From contig NW_018407733.1 of NCBI RefSeq assembly GCF_002113885.1, positions 1,552,834 through 1,610,291 of the forward strand: DNA of 57,458 nt, given 5' to 3'. This document shows, one piece after another, positions 25,690-36,382 of the stretch; the first letter of the stretch is position 1, and each line of letters starts with the position of its first letter. Origin of the DNA: Mizuhopecten yessoensis. Its lineage: Eukaryota. Below the pieces are notes generated by a model. The model made no database searches, had not been told where the DNA came from, and was given only the letters and a program-made list of their open reading frames with translations. The translations under genes were made by a program, and so were the position numbers.

Positions 25690-26142
25690 TTGTTCTTTTC
25701 TTTTCCTTTATTAATATTAATTAAAACATTTTTTAACAACTTCACAAAGAGAGAATGGGAGGGGGTGGAATTTTAAACATTCATCAGTGAATTGTTTTGT
25801 CTCCAAATCTATCCAGGTGCTGTAATTTGCAGTTATCTATCGATAATGCCAGATTACTGCAGTAGACATGTCCGTCAGATATATGTCAATGCATGTATAG
25901 TCATAACCCATACCCGGATGTGTTCAAGTGGCTAAGGTCAGTGTAGCCTATGGCATTACTGACCAGGCGAAAAGAAATAGTGACTATAACGCTGGACCAA
26001 GTGTATATACTCGGACTATACATATATTGCTGTTGGCAAGTAACACCCTAGGCTCAAATGATGGTTGCCAAAATACCAGGAAGTATGGTATGTACTATTT
26101 TACTCCGAGGACGGTTTAACCATTTTCCGGACACAAGGGAAT

Positions 26143-27377
26143 ATGAAACGGATGTTTGTTATTTGTGTACGTTGGTATCCAACTTTCGTACCAGTGTTTG
26201 TGGGTGTTTGGTTTTTTATTTTATTTAGCATCGTCTATAGAGCACAATTTCCATACAAACACGTTTCTTTACAAAAAAGGATTTCGGAAACATTTGTTTT
26301 CGATATTGAATATGATTCAACAAAACATTCTGAAAATACTATTTTCCATGTGGAGCCATGGAATTACGATTACGATTCGGACGACGAATTGTTGACAACT
26401 CCATTATCACTGAAAGTAGCATCAACTCGAACATATTCAGTCTCGACATCGGCTAAAATAACAGCATCATCTTCTACGGAAAGGTCAAGTGCGCTGCCAC
26501 CTAAAGAACCTACTGAACTAACAACTAAATTCCAGGGAAGGACTTTTCAGAAAATGGCGACTCTGGAAATTTATGATTCAAAGTTTACAGACGAATTTGA
26601 CCACGGTGTGTCTCGTGACATACTGGACCTACTGCCTGTTCGGACTCACATTTTAGACATGTCAATCCCTGAAAAAGATGTGAAATATAACGCTGGACGA
26701 ATTTTCCATCAACTGAATCACGTGTCAATAAAGTATAACTCCGCCAATGTCAAGGTTGTTTATCTCTCAGGAAAGCAAGGTTTTTGGCACCATCCGCCAG
26801 GGATGGCGGCGTTTGAGCAGTGTCGTATAAAGGCATGTAAGATAACATACGATACAAAACATGGAGCTGACGCTGACGCAGTTGTGTTTAGTAACCCTGG
26901 GCAACTTCCACGGATACCTCCATTTCCGAGGAAGTCTCCGAATCAAGTATGGGCGGTATCTATGATTGAGTGCCCAATGAATTCTAGGACGCTGAAAAAG
27001 TACAACGGGCTTTTTAATTGGACCATGACTTATCGAACTGATTCAGTGATAGAAACACCGTATTTCAAATACCAGAAATATAAGGACGTTTACACTAAGA
27101 CAAACATTACGACAAATTACGCCAATGGGAAGACAAAAAAAGTTGCTTGGTTAGTTTCTAATTGCATGATGACAAGAAGTGGGAGGATGGCTTATGCTAA
27201 AAAACTTGCCAAATATATTGAAGTAGATATTTATGGTGCATGCGGAACAAAACGCTGCCCCCAGATAGAGGATGAAAAATGTATGCGCATGCTCGAGACT
27301 GATTACAAGTTTTACCTGGCGTTCGAAAACACCAAATGTCTGGATTACGTCACCGAAAAAGCTGTCAAGGCGTTAAA
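26143..27377 (+). CDS. Alpha-1,3-fucosyltransferase (GT10, FucTA-like) gene B1, coding exon 1
   Basis: First in-frame ATG 26143; TM anchor FVPVFVGVWFFILFSIVY; Ser/Thr-rich stem; ADAVVF, IECP, FNWTMTYRTDS, KKVAWLVSNC, YKFYLAFENTKCLDYVTEK; GTAAGT donor at 27378. Confidence 0.93.
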
Positions 27378-27887
27378 GTAAGTGATCTTTATCTAAGGGT
27401 AACGCATTTCATTTCTTTACTCTTAATTATGTTGAAAATAACGCATTGATTTGCTTGTCGTGAGCTTAAAACCTATATACATGGAACATTTTATTGCAGC
27501 TAATTTATTAAAACATGTGGGTTTTTTAAATGAACGTTTAAACGGGTTTTTACACTGGTGAAGCAGTTTTACCGTTTATTCGGTAATCAGAAGAATTAAT
27601 TGTACCAACCGGCTAATAAACTCGTACATGTAACAGTGAACTGTTTGGTTGGAGCAAAACCCAAAAATATACTCATTACGGTTTTATCATTCTGTGAGAA
27701 CGGTACATACGTTAACGGATCCCAGTGTAACTTTGATTTATCTAAGATTTGTTTGCTGTGATCGGGTGTTTTAACGGTGTATGTAATGGGTTATATTTCA
27801 ACATTAAAAGTTGTTGTGTGTACAATGGTACAGGTTGTACTTCACCTCAGTAAATAAATCGGCTGCTAAACCATGGTAAAAAAACGT

Positions 27888-28480
27888 TTAGACTGTTTGT
27901 AACCATCGGAAAAAATACGGCGACAAATTATGGTAACACTAAAATATAGTTGTTGTTACACATGGGATTTCTGGGCCAATATATCTTTTTAACGATTCTC
28001 TTTTCATTTTCTGATTATTTATTAAATTAGTTTATTTATCATTTTCCAGATATAGCTTAAGATATTGTGTTTGATTTTCGAATCTAATTATCATTATTAA
28101 AACTGTTCTTTTTGTCTCTTTTCAGAAACAAAGTAATACCAATAGTGCTAGGCGCCCCGAAGGCCACATATCAGTCGATACTTNTTAGACTGTTTGTAAC
28201 CATCGGAAAAAATACGGCGACAAATTATGGTAACACTAAAATATAGTTGTTGTTACACATGGGATTTCTGGGCCAATATATCTTTTTAACGATTCTCTTT
28301 TCATTTTCTGATTATTTATTAAATTAGTTTATTTATCATTTTCCAGATATAGCTTAAGATATTGTGTTTGATTTTCGAATCTAATTATCATTATTAAAAC
28401 TGTTCTTTTTGTCTCTTTTCAGAAACAAAGTAATACCAATAGTGCTAGGCGCCCCGAAGGCCACATATCAGTCGATACTT
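27888..28480. other. Probable assembly artefact: 296-bp direct duplication around a single N (28184), duplicating the B1 acceptor
   Basis: 27888-28183 repeats as 28185-28480; the right-arm homologue has only one copy. Confidence 0.9.
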
Positions 28481-28753
28481 CCAAGCGGATCTTTCATTCA
28501 TGTAGAGGACTTCCGGTCTCCTGAGGAACTTGCGCAGTATTTACACAAATTGGACAAAAACGATACTTTGTATAATGAGTACTTCCGTTGGCGGGAGGAG
28601 GGCGAGTTCATTGAAACAAAGCCATGGTGTCGACTGTGTGGGCTTCTGCATGAACCCCTCCTGCCCCCCGTGTGGTACAATGACATTGAACAGTGGTGGC
28701 GACCAAAGGATGTTTGTATCGGTAAATCGGATTGGGCGGATACATTGTCATGA
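28423..28753 (+). CDS. Fucosyltransferase gene B1, coding exon 2 (spliced protein 521 aa)
   Basis: tttgtctcttttcAG acceptor (28421-28422); AA|A gives KAL-K-NKVIPIVLGAPK...SFIHVEDF...LDKNDTLYNEYFRWR...WCRLC; TGA at 28751-28753. Confidence 0.92.
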
Positions 28754-28764
28754 CGGTGAACCTC

Positions 28765-28776
28765 AATAAAAATAAA
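28765..28776 (+). promoter_or_regulatory. Tandem AATAAA polyadenylation signals after gene B1
   Basis: AATAAAAATAAA 12 bp after the stop; retained in B2 (~41742-41753, minus strand). Confidence 0.5.
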
Positions 28777-30579
28777 ACCTGACCCTGTCATGAAATTTAC
28801 GTACTATAAGTATGTTCCAAGCATCACTACGTGTATTTCACAGCAGTACAGTTTGATAGCATCGTCTTTCTCCAAGCAGAGGAAGAAGGAGGAATGGTCG
28901 ACATGTCAAGCTGACAAACATGAAGCTTACCAAGCCGAGGGTTCGGATCCCAAATCTCAACCACTAGGAGTGATTTTTCGGATACGTTTATCCACCAACT
29001 TTTCAGTTTTCAGTCCCCGTCCTAGAATGAAGGCAAGCTTAACACGGTGACCTGGAAGTAGGACCTGCTTTAGGTTGATACAATACATACTTAATACGAA
29101 AGGTTTATTTTATGTTTGATACGCACACATTTACTTATTTGTCTAGTGGGACTACACTTTTCTACACTATTGACTATCTTTGCTCAGTCCCGACATATTC
29201 CTATGGTGTTTAGTAACAGTAATTGGTAGGAGAAAAGGTGCAATGTTTCCGCTTTGTGTGAGGGATAAAGCCTGGGGAGTTAAATCAAAAGGGTGGAATC
29301 TCAGCCCTCGGGGTAAGATTAACTGATGTATAGCTCTCTCCGACGTCTCGGGCTCGACATATATATTTTTCTTTCTTAATTTCAAAGTGTGGAAAGGGAA
29401 CCTCGATAATTCATTCACCCTTTTTACAAGCAAAAGTGGCTGGTTTAGGAGACAACTCGATTACTGGGACAGATTTTTACAGGAAAAATCACAGTTATGC
29501 ATCCAAACAATACGAAAACCGGATAAGTGGTGGCTGGATGATCGAGGTTCGACTTTTAGATCTAATCATAGCAAAGTTAACGTTATTAAAAGTCTTCAAA
29601 GTGTTAAAATCTTGACGTTAAGCTAACTATACATTGAACAACTTGGCCTATATTGTATTATTACTATTTACTTATTGTTGAAAATTATTTATTTGTATTT
29701 GTAGCTCTAACGATTAAGTTTGCTGGCGGGCTTTTTTGTCAATGCCTTGCGGATTGGGACTCCGGGGCTCCGCACCCAATGTTTATTTTTATATTTCTCA
29801 ACAATAACAATTTATCAAAGCTTGAACACAACAGTAATATAATTTATTTACATTGTATATGGCGTTTGATTTATTTGTTTTAATGAATATCAGAAAAATG
29901 AATACTGTCTATAATTAAATGACTTAAATGATACGACATGCTTAAGAATAAGATACTCAAGCAAACTGTGATAAGACGGAAGTTCACTGTTACACTAGTA
30001 ATTATCTACGACATTACTTGCAATAATTTTAAATTAACCTTTAAAGCAATTTATACATTTAAACGTTACAAGACGCTTAATTGAGCGTTTTTAGATAACG
30101 CCAAACTAATAACTTAATCTCCAGATTTAGAGGTTTTACATAATTTAACAGCAACAACAACATCAGCAGCAGCAACAACAGCAAGCTGCTGCTTCTTAGC
30201 CGCCCTCGCTGCAATGTCAACAACATATTTTCTCGGTTTGGTCGATCTGCACAGGAGAAGGTCACACTCGTCATTGATATCATACTGAGTATCCTTGTCT
30301 CTGGGACGATTTTACAAAGTTCAAATGCCTTCCAAACAACTTAAAAATTAGCCGTTTCCCTTATATGGCCTCACTTCTGATTACTCTTGGATAAAACAAT
30401 CTCTATATTTATACAACATTAAATTTTCTTGGCCAAGGGATGCTCCGTTCCATGTAAGGTTAACATAGTTTCACTCGTACTGAAGGAGGCGTTTTTTATT
30501 TACCCCTGTATGACCTCACTTCTCTTTTTCACCCTATGTATTCAACGTTAAATTCCCTTCAGCCTGGGGTGTTCCGAAC

Positions 30580-30800
30580 CACAGGGACCTGAGAATTTGT
30601 TACAGCTATATTTGTACCTAAACTAAGTTGTTCAGAGTAATTCTACACGTTAAGGAGTAAGATCAACTTTCTGTATAACATCATCATTGGGGTGTCTTTT
30701 TTTACCGAAAGTTTATCTTAACCACTAAAACGTGTAAAATTACTCTGAACACCTTAGTTTAGTTCCAAATATATCCGTAACTAATTCCCAGGTCCCTGTG
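30580..30800. mobile_element. 221-bp MITE with ~70-bp TIRs (CACAGGGACCTG...) and 8-bp TSD TTCCGAAC
   Basis: TSD at 30572-30579 and 30801-30808; related half copies at ~45654-45720 and ~46217-46320. Confidence 0.85.
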
Positions 30801-31199
30801 TTCCGAACAAAATAAGGATAGTTTATTCTAACTAAAGGAGCAATAATTAAGAACGGAATTCCCAGTTTCTCCATACAGTTTCAATCTTCCGCCCCTTAAC
30901 CCTGTGATTCCGAAGGAAACAAATGTCATCAGTATATATCTATTACTAAATCCCTGTGATTCCGATAGAAACACATGCCATCATTATATATATCTATTAC
31001 AAAAACCCTGTGATCGAGCGTCATTGTTCAGGCCAAAAAATTGCTTTCAACAAACCGTTTCAAAAATGAGCATAAACTATTTTATGAAGAAAAAAGATGA
31101 GCCCAGAAAAAGTACAATTCAATGTTTTTACACTGACATGTTACCTTAACTATGAACTATTCAAAACAGTAGGAATATTGTTTGTTCTAGGTTACAATT

Positions 31200-34036
31200 C
31201 TAGCGAACCAGGTACTGAAGTAATAGCGCAGGATGAAATTGATATATATAGTAATGAAATTGTGTCAGCATTAATAAATTCGGCTAAAGAGTCTATACCT
31301 GAAGTAAAATTTAAAAAGCATCTAAAGTCGTACTGGAATAAACAGTTGGCATTGTTTCACGATACCATGATATGAGTCAGAGCGCTATGGCTGAGGGACG
31401 GGAAACCACGAGATGTATTAACTGATAGTTACAGAGATTACAAACAGGCTAAAACTGATTTCAGAAGGCGCCTAAGGCAATCGTTTGAAAAGTACATGAC
31501 AGCGCAGTTTACAGAGATAGATACATCTGAAAAAATTGACCAGAAATTATTTTGGCAACTATTAAAGAGCAAAACACCAAAGAAACAATGTGCTCAAACT
31601 GAGTTGAAGTACGACAGAGTCACTTATCGTAATTCAAACGATATGTTAGAAAAATGGGCATGCCATTTCATAGATATATCTACTGATAAGGCAGACAATC
31701 GTGTCGATAACAAGTTTCAGAGCGAGATATTATAATGTGTTAGCGACATTGAAATTGGGCTTTCCAATGGAAAGGACAAGTATTTGGATGACCCTGTTAT
31801 AGAGCGTGAAATCAAAAATATATGTTGTAAATTAAAACTAAACAAAGCTGGAGGGATTGATGATATTATGTATGAACACTTCAAGTACGGGAGTAAATTG
31901 CTATATAGTCGTTTGTCGAAGTTATACAATGCTGTCATTAAGTCTCAACATATACCTGATGATTGGAAAAAAGGCCTTATCATAACACTGTATAAGGGAA
32001 ATGGTAAACCGAAAGATGACCTGAATAGTTATAGCGGGGTGACACTTTTACCTGTAATATTCAAAAAGTTTTGAAATAGTTTTGTCAAAGAGATTGGATC
32101 CTGTCCTTAGCACGGATAATTTCCCAAACAGGCAACAATTAGCATATCAAAAGGGGTTATGAAGTCTGCTAACGTCTTTTAATCTTCAAGAATGTATACA
32201 GTATAACACCGAGAAAGGAGAAGACGTACATGTAGGATTTCTCGATAGCAACAAGGCTTTCGACACCGTTTGGCATGCTGGGTTGCTCTCTAAACTGCAT
32301 GAATTAGGAATAAAATGTAAATCATGGAACATTATGAAAAATATGTATACCAATGTACAAAGTAGTATTTTAGTGAACGGATTGAGGTCAAGACGGGTAA
32401 CAATGGAGAGCGGTATCTTACAGGGAAGTGCTCTTTCAGCAAAATGTATATCTTGTTTTTATAAATGAATTGTTGAACATTATTGGAAAATGTTGGAAGG
32501 GTACAGTAATAGCAGATCTGCGAGTTAACATTCCCACATAAGCAGATGATATCTGTATAATTAATGCTAAATATTCTGATCTGAAATACATGCTTTCTAT
32601 ATATGTGATGAGTACAGTATGAAATGGAGATATACATTATCTTCTGCTAAAAGTAAAGTTGTAACTTTTTCCTGTAAAAGAAGAAATATTGAATGTAAGA
32701 CTTTGTATTTATATAATTGTATTCTTCCGAATGTTGATGATATCGTCCATGTTGGTGTAATGATGAACAGTAAATTTAATTCAATAGAGCGTACCTTACG
32801 TGCATGTAACAAGTTACGAAGCGGAACCATGAGCATCTTTCGATGTGGAGCCCATCCAAGTGCTTTCAATCCACTAACTTTAAATAGAACTATAAAATGT
32901 AAAGTGTATGCTGCAGCCTGATATGGTTGTGAATTATGGTGTTTATTAAGAACAGACATGTTAATGCTTGAAAGAGCACACCATTTTATCGTGAAAGCAA
33001 TACAAGGTTTTGAGACTAAAACCCGTACAGATATGTGTACAAGTCTACTTGGATGGACTAGTATAGAATCCTATAGACACTAGAAATTGTTGTTCCTAGG
33101 TAGGTTACGTATAGATTAGATAAGACGAATTTGTCGTCTCGTGTATTCTTTACAAAATATTTTCTCGTTGATATAGAATCTAAAGTCAATTCAAATAGAC
33201 CAGGGTTCGCAGTTGATATACTAAGAATACTGCCAAAGTATAAATTGTTTGAAGTGTTTAATGATTTTATAACTAACTGTGCTTTCCGTCTAAATGTATG
33301 TGGCGTGTTAAAGTAAAGAATGCCGTATACTCAGTAGAGGAATTAGCGTGGCGAGAAAGAATGGCCAATGGTGGCGAGTATACTAGATTTTCTCTTATCC
33401 ACGGTCATTTAGTACCACATGTATTATGGAGACTGGCATTTAAATTCCCAGCCAAAAGAGAAGCTATACAATATGTCATGAAATTAATTGTAACTATCAG
33501 AGAGTGTGAGGGTGAAGAATTATGTCATAAATGTGGCTTTATGTACAGTGATATAGCCACCCATATAGTTCTACAATGTGATTATACAGGAGAGTCAAGA
33601 GATAATTTATGGTGTGATATTATAAATATAAAAGACATTATGTTTAGTGTGTACTTACATTCCATGTCTGATTATGATCTGTTTCTTATGAGTTGAATTC
33701 ATCGGAGTTAGATGACTTTCGCATAAAATCTGTAACTTTTCTACAAATGATGTTTTTACCTAAACTTTATAATGTGTCAATTGTAACATTTTTCCTTTTT
33801 TTGTATTTCGTATGATGGTCATCTCTCAAGTAACTTAAGATAAGTTAAGGAGCGTAGTGACGCAAAGGGGAGTTAACTCCATCGTAACCCTTATTTTACA
33901 AACAATTTATCTTTTGAATTTCCGTTTGTATATTGTCATATAACATGTACGTTACTTTGTCAATCTTCTATGAATGCATATATGTATTGTTCTGTTTGTG
34001 AATCTTCGATTCGGAGGAAATAAAGAGAATAATAAT
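31200..34036 (+). mobile_element. Decayed, 5'-truncated LINE (RT ORF2 plus 3' tail) in the palindrome spacer
   Basis: KAGGIDDIMYEHFKYG, IPDDWKKGLIITLYKG, GFLDSNKAFDTVWH (~32234-32275), GILQGSALS, C-terminal CHKC...HIVLQC; tail aataaagagaataataat. Confidence 0.88.
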
Positions 34037-34197
34037 CCAGATATGCAGGACATTTGATATATCACCTTTATGTTAGCTCGGCTGCCAAGGAGAGAATTTA
34101 CCTGAAATTAGAGTCTTTGTTGAGCTATCATACCTAACTCGCATCTCTTAACAAACCGGAGTAATAATACCCGGCGTTCTACTGTACTCAAAACAGA

Positions 34198-34381
34198 ACC
34201 CACTACGGTGTTATCTTAAACGAAATTAAGGGGAGGTAACTGTTTGTATATATTACGAGCGTACGTTTTTAAAAACACACTTTTTCAACAGCAGGCACAC
34301 TACTTCTGAGAATCCCACAGTAGTTTTTCATACAAACAGTTACCTCCCCTTAATTTCCTTTAAGATAAAGCGGTAGTGGGT
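34198..34381. repeat. Inverted repeat with 52-bp arms (48/52 match) and 80-bp spacer
   Basis: 34198-34249 ACCCACTAC...GAAATTAAGGGGAGGTAACTGTTTGTAT vs revcomp of 34330-34381. Confidence 0.92.
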
Positions 34382-34474
34382 AGGGCAACCCCAGAGGAAG
34401 TGTTTCGTTTTGCACACGGCACGCAAATACAGACTATATTACCGATCGCCGGATGTCGGTTTGTCAGTTCAAAA

Positions 34475-35675
34475 ATGGCGGTCGAAGTGTCAACATCAAC
34501 AAGCTCTTGGTTAGATTCCTCTGGAATTTGGCTTTCCTGTATCAATAAGAAAGTCTACACTGTACAAATGAGAGACTGTCCAAGTATAAAAGTAAAAGTT
34601 CGTGTAGGACACCTAGCGCCAGCAAACAAGACTGCTGTTAGACGTTGCATCCTGTTCGCCGACGACGAGTTACTGGAGTCAACATTCGCCAACAAAACGT
34701 CACCAGCCTTGCTACTAGTCAACAATTCTTGTAATTTTAAGGTATTTTTGTTTTTCTTACAAAGTCAAATCCAAGAAAAAACGAAGCGAATTATTGGGAA
34801 ATATTTCTTGTTTTTGAAAACCGATGATTTCTTTCAAATGAACAAATTGGGTCTTCAAACAGTGCAAACCGACACCATGTACATTTGTGCATGTATTGCA
34901 ATTGTGTTTTATACATATACCTATTTTATGGTGTTCTATGACGAAGTTCTCTTTGTGTGTTATATAATATTTTCCTTTTGTTTCAGTTTTACAAAGATGC
35001 AGCCAGTGGTAATTTTAGCATTGGAAGGGAGCCTTGGGCTGTACTAGTATGGTCATTTGCCATTGTTCCAGGAGCAACTTTCCAAGGGAGACCTGATCAT
35101 ATCAATGCTCTAGATCTACCCGGTATGCCTGTTCACAATCTGAACTTTCTAGATCAAGTTCAACAATGTTCATGTCTTGGTGGAGGAAGCATCTTTGTGC
35201 AAATTGAAAATAATGCTATTTCAAGAACTGAACTTACTGACTTGGGCAGTGACAGTGATGAGGATGACGACCAAAGTAGTTCGGAACCAAATAGTGATGA
35301 GGATGAACATTACACTTCCATCATTCAGATAAGAGGATCAACATACGGGGAACATTACCGGCAAAATTTAAAAGATGTGCAGAGTGCCCTAAGACAATGT
35401 CCATTTGTGCCAGTCAGACTTTTGTCAGAAGAAGACAATCCAATGTTACTGTTAATAGCAAGGACCTTAAGCTTGGCTATATAGGTGTAAAACATATACC
35501 AAAGGTAACAAAGGCTATGAAATCGAGAGAAATAGTGAAGACATCTATGAAGTCCGTCACATCGTGGTACGTCAGAAACATTAGTTCGAGAAAACTGAAG
35601 GGATCCATCATTATCTGCAAGAAAGGGAAATGGCTTCCAGATTCAGACAATAATGTTTATAATGCAGATTTGTAA
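34475..35675 (+). pseudogene. Two-exon gene for an unknown N-domain + acidic linker + HIRAN-like domain protein (~318 aa), frameshifted near 35442
   Basis: AAAAATGGCG start at 34475; exon 1 to 34741; phase-0 GT..AG intron 34742-34986 (acceptor ttttccttttgtttcag); exon 2 has SDSDEDDD...SDEDE then IQIRGSTY...Q.L...VRLLSEEDNP and, in the shifted frame, VTVNSKDLKLGYIG, matching the HIRAN pattern. Confidence 0.7.
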
Positions 35676-36382
35676 ATATTTAATTGTCATATGTAAATGT
35701 ACATATGTATAAATACAAAAATTACTGGGGCAACCCTATGGTTTCCGGAGGGCCTGGGTTGCAATCCTTATTTGGCTCGTGGTACTATCACTCCCAAAAC
35801 ACTGTTGTCGAGCATAAAAAAAAATCATAAAAGTTCCGAAAGGTGTTTTTTTTTATATAAGATTTATTAACCTAGCTATATTCTAATGCCGGAAGATAAA
35901 TTTTCAATTTGTGTAATTATGTAGTTTAGATTTGTTTTAAACATATTTTATTGTAATTTATATAACAACTTATATTAAGCCCTTTTCCTACAATTTATTA
36001 CTAAAAATTATCAAGATGGCATATTTTTATCAGTCCTTGGTAGTTTTTTCATGAAAATCCAAGAATGAAGAAAATCCTTTTAATATGCTATGTCCATTTA
36101 TAACTGAAGGTACCAGATTCTCATAACATAAAAATACCAAATCACCTATTCTGTAAACCTACAAACAAAATAATACACCCCTGACGCCCAAGAAATAAGG
36201 GAAATAACTCTAAAGTGACTTAGCGAAAATCGTTTATAGCAATATATATCTCATACATCCTGCAGGTGGGAAAGTCACTTTTGATAAAACAAGGGATGGA
36301 AGCAGGGTAAAAAGTTAAGTTGAAATAAAGGATACGCAATAGAAAAATAACCATATAACAAACCAGTCCCCGACTGATATAG

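Larger units (their letters stand above)
6317..31014 (+). repeat. Left arm of a large inverted segmental duplication
   Basis: Collinear reverse-complement matches, e.g. 6317-6630 with 52840-53168, 8870-11100 with 47810-50140, 24940-29050 with 41468-45175, 30500-30895 with 38590-38995, 30968-31014 with ~38455-38507. Confidence 0.93.

Noticed and set aside
26065-26142. TTG/GTG starts of the fucosyltransferase ORFs in the ORF track (also 9521, 49400, 44089), and their apparent TAA stops
   Set aside because: Non-ATG starts come from a prokaryote-style ORF caller; the TAA stops lie inside GTAAGT splice donors
28126-28183. Apparent duplicated or alternative B1 exon 2
   Set aside because: Exact overlap around a single N and absent from B2; unmerged contig overlap
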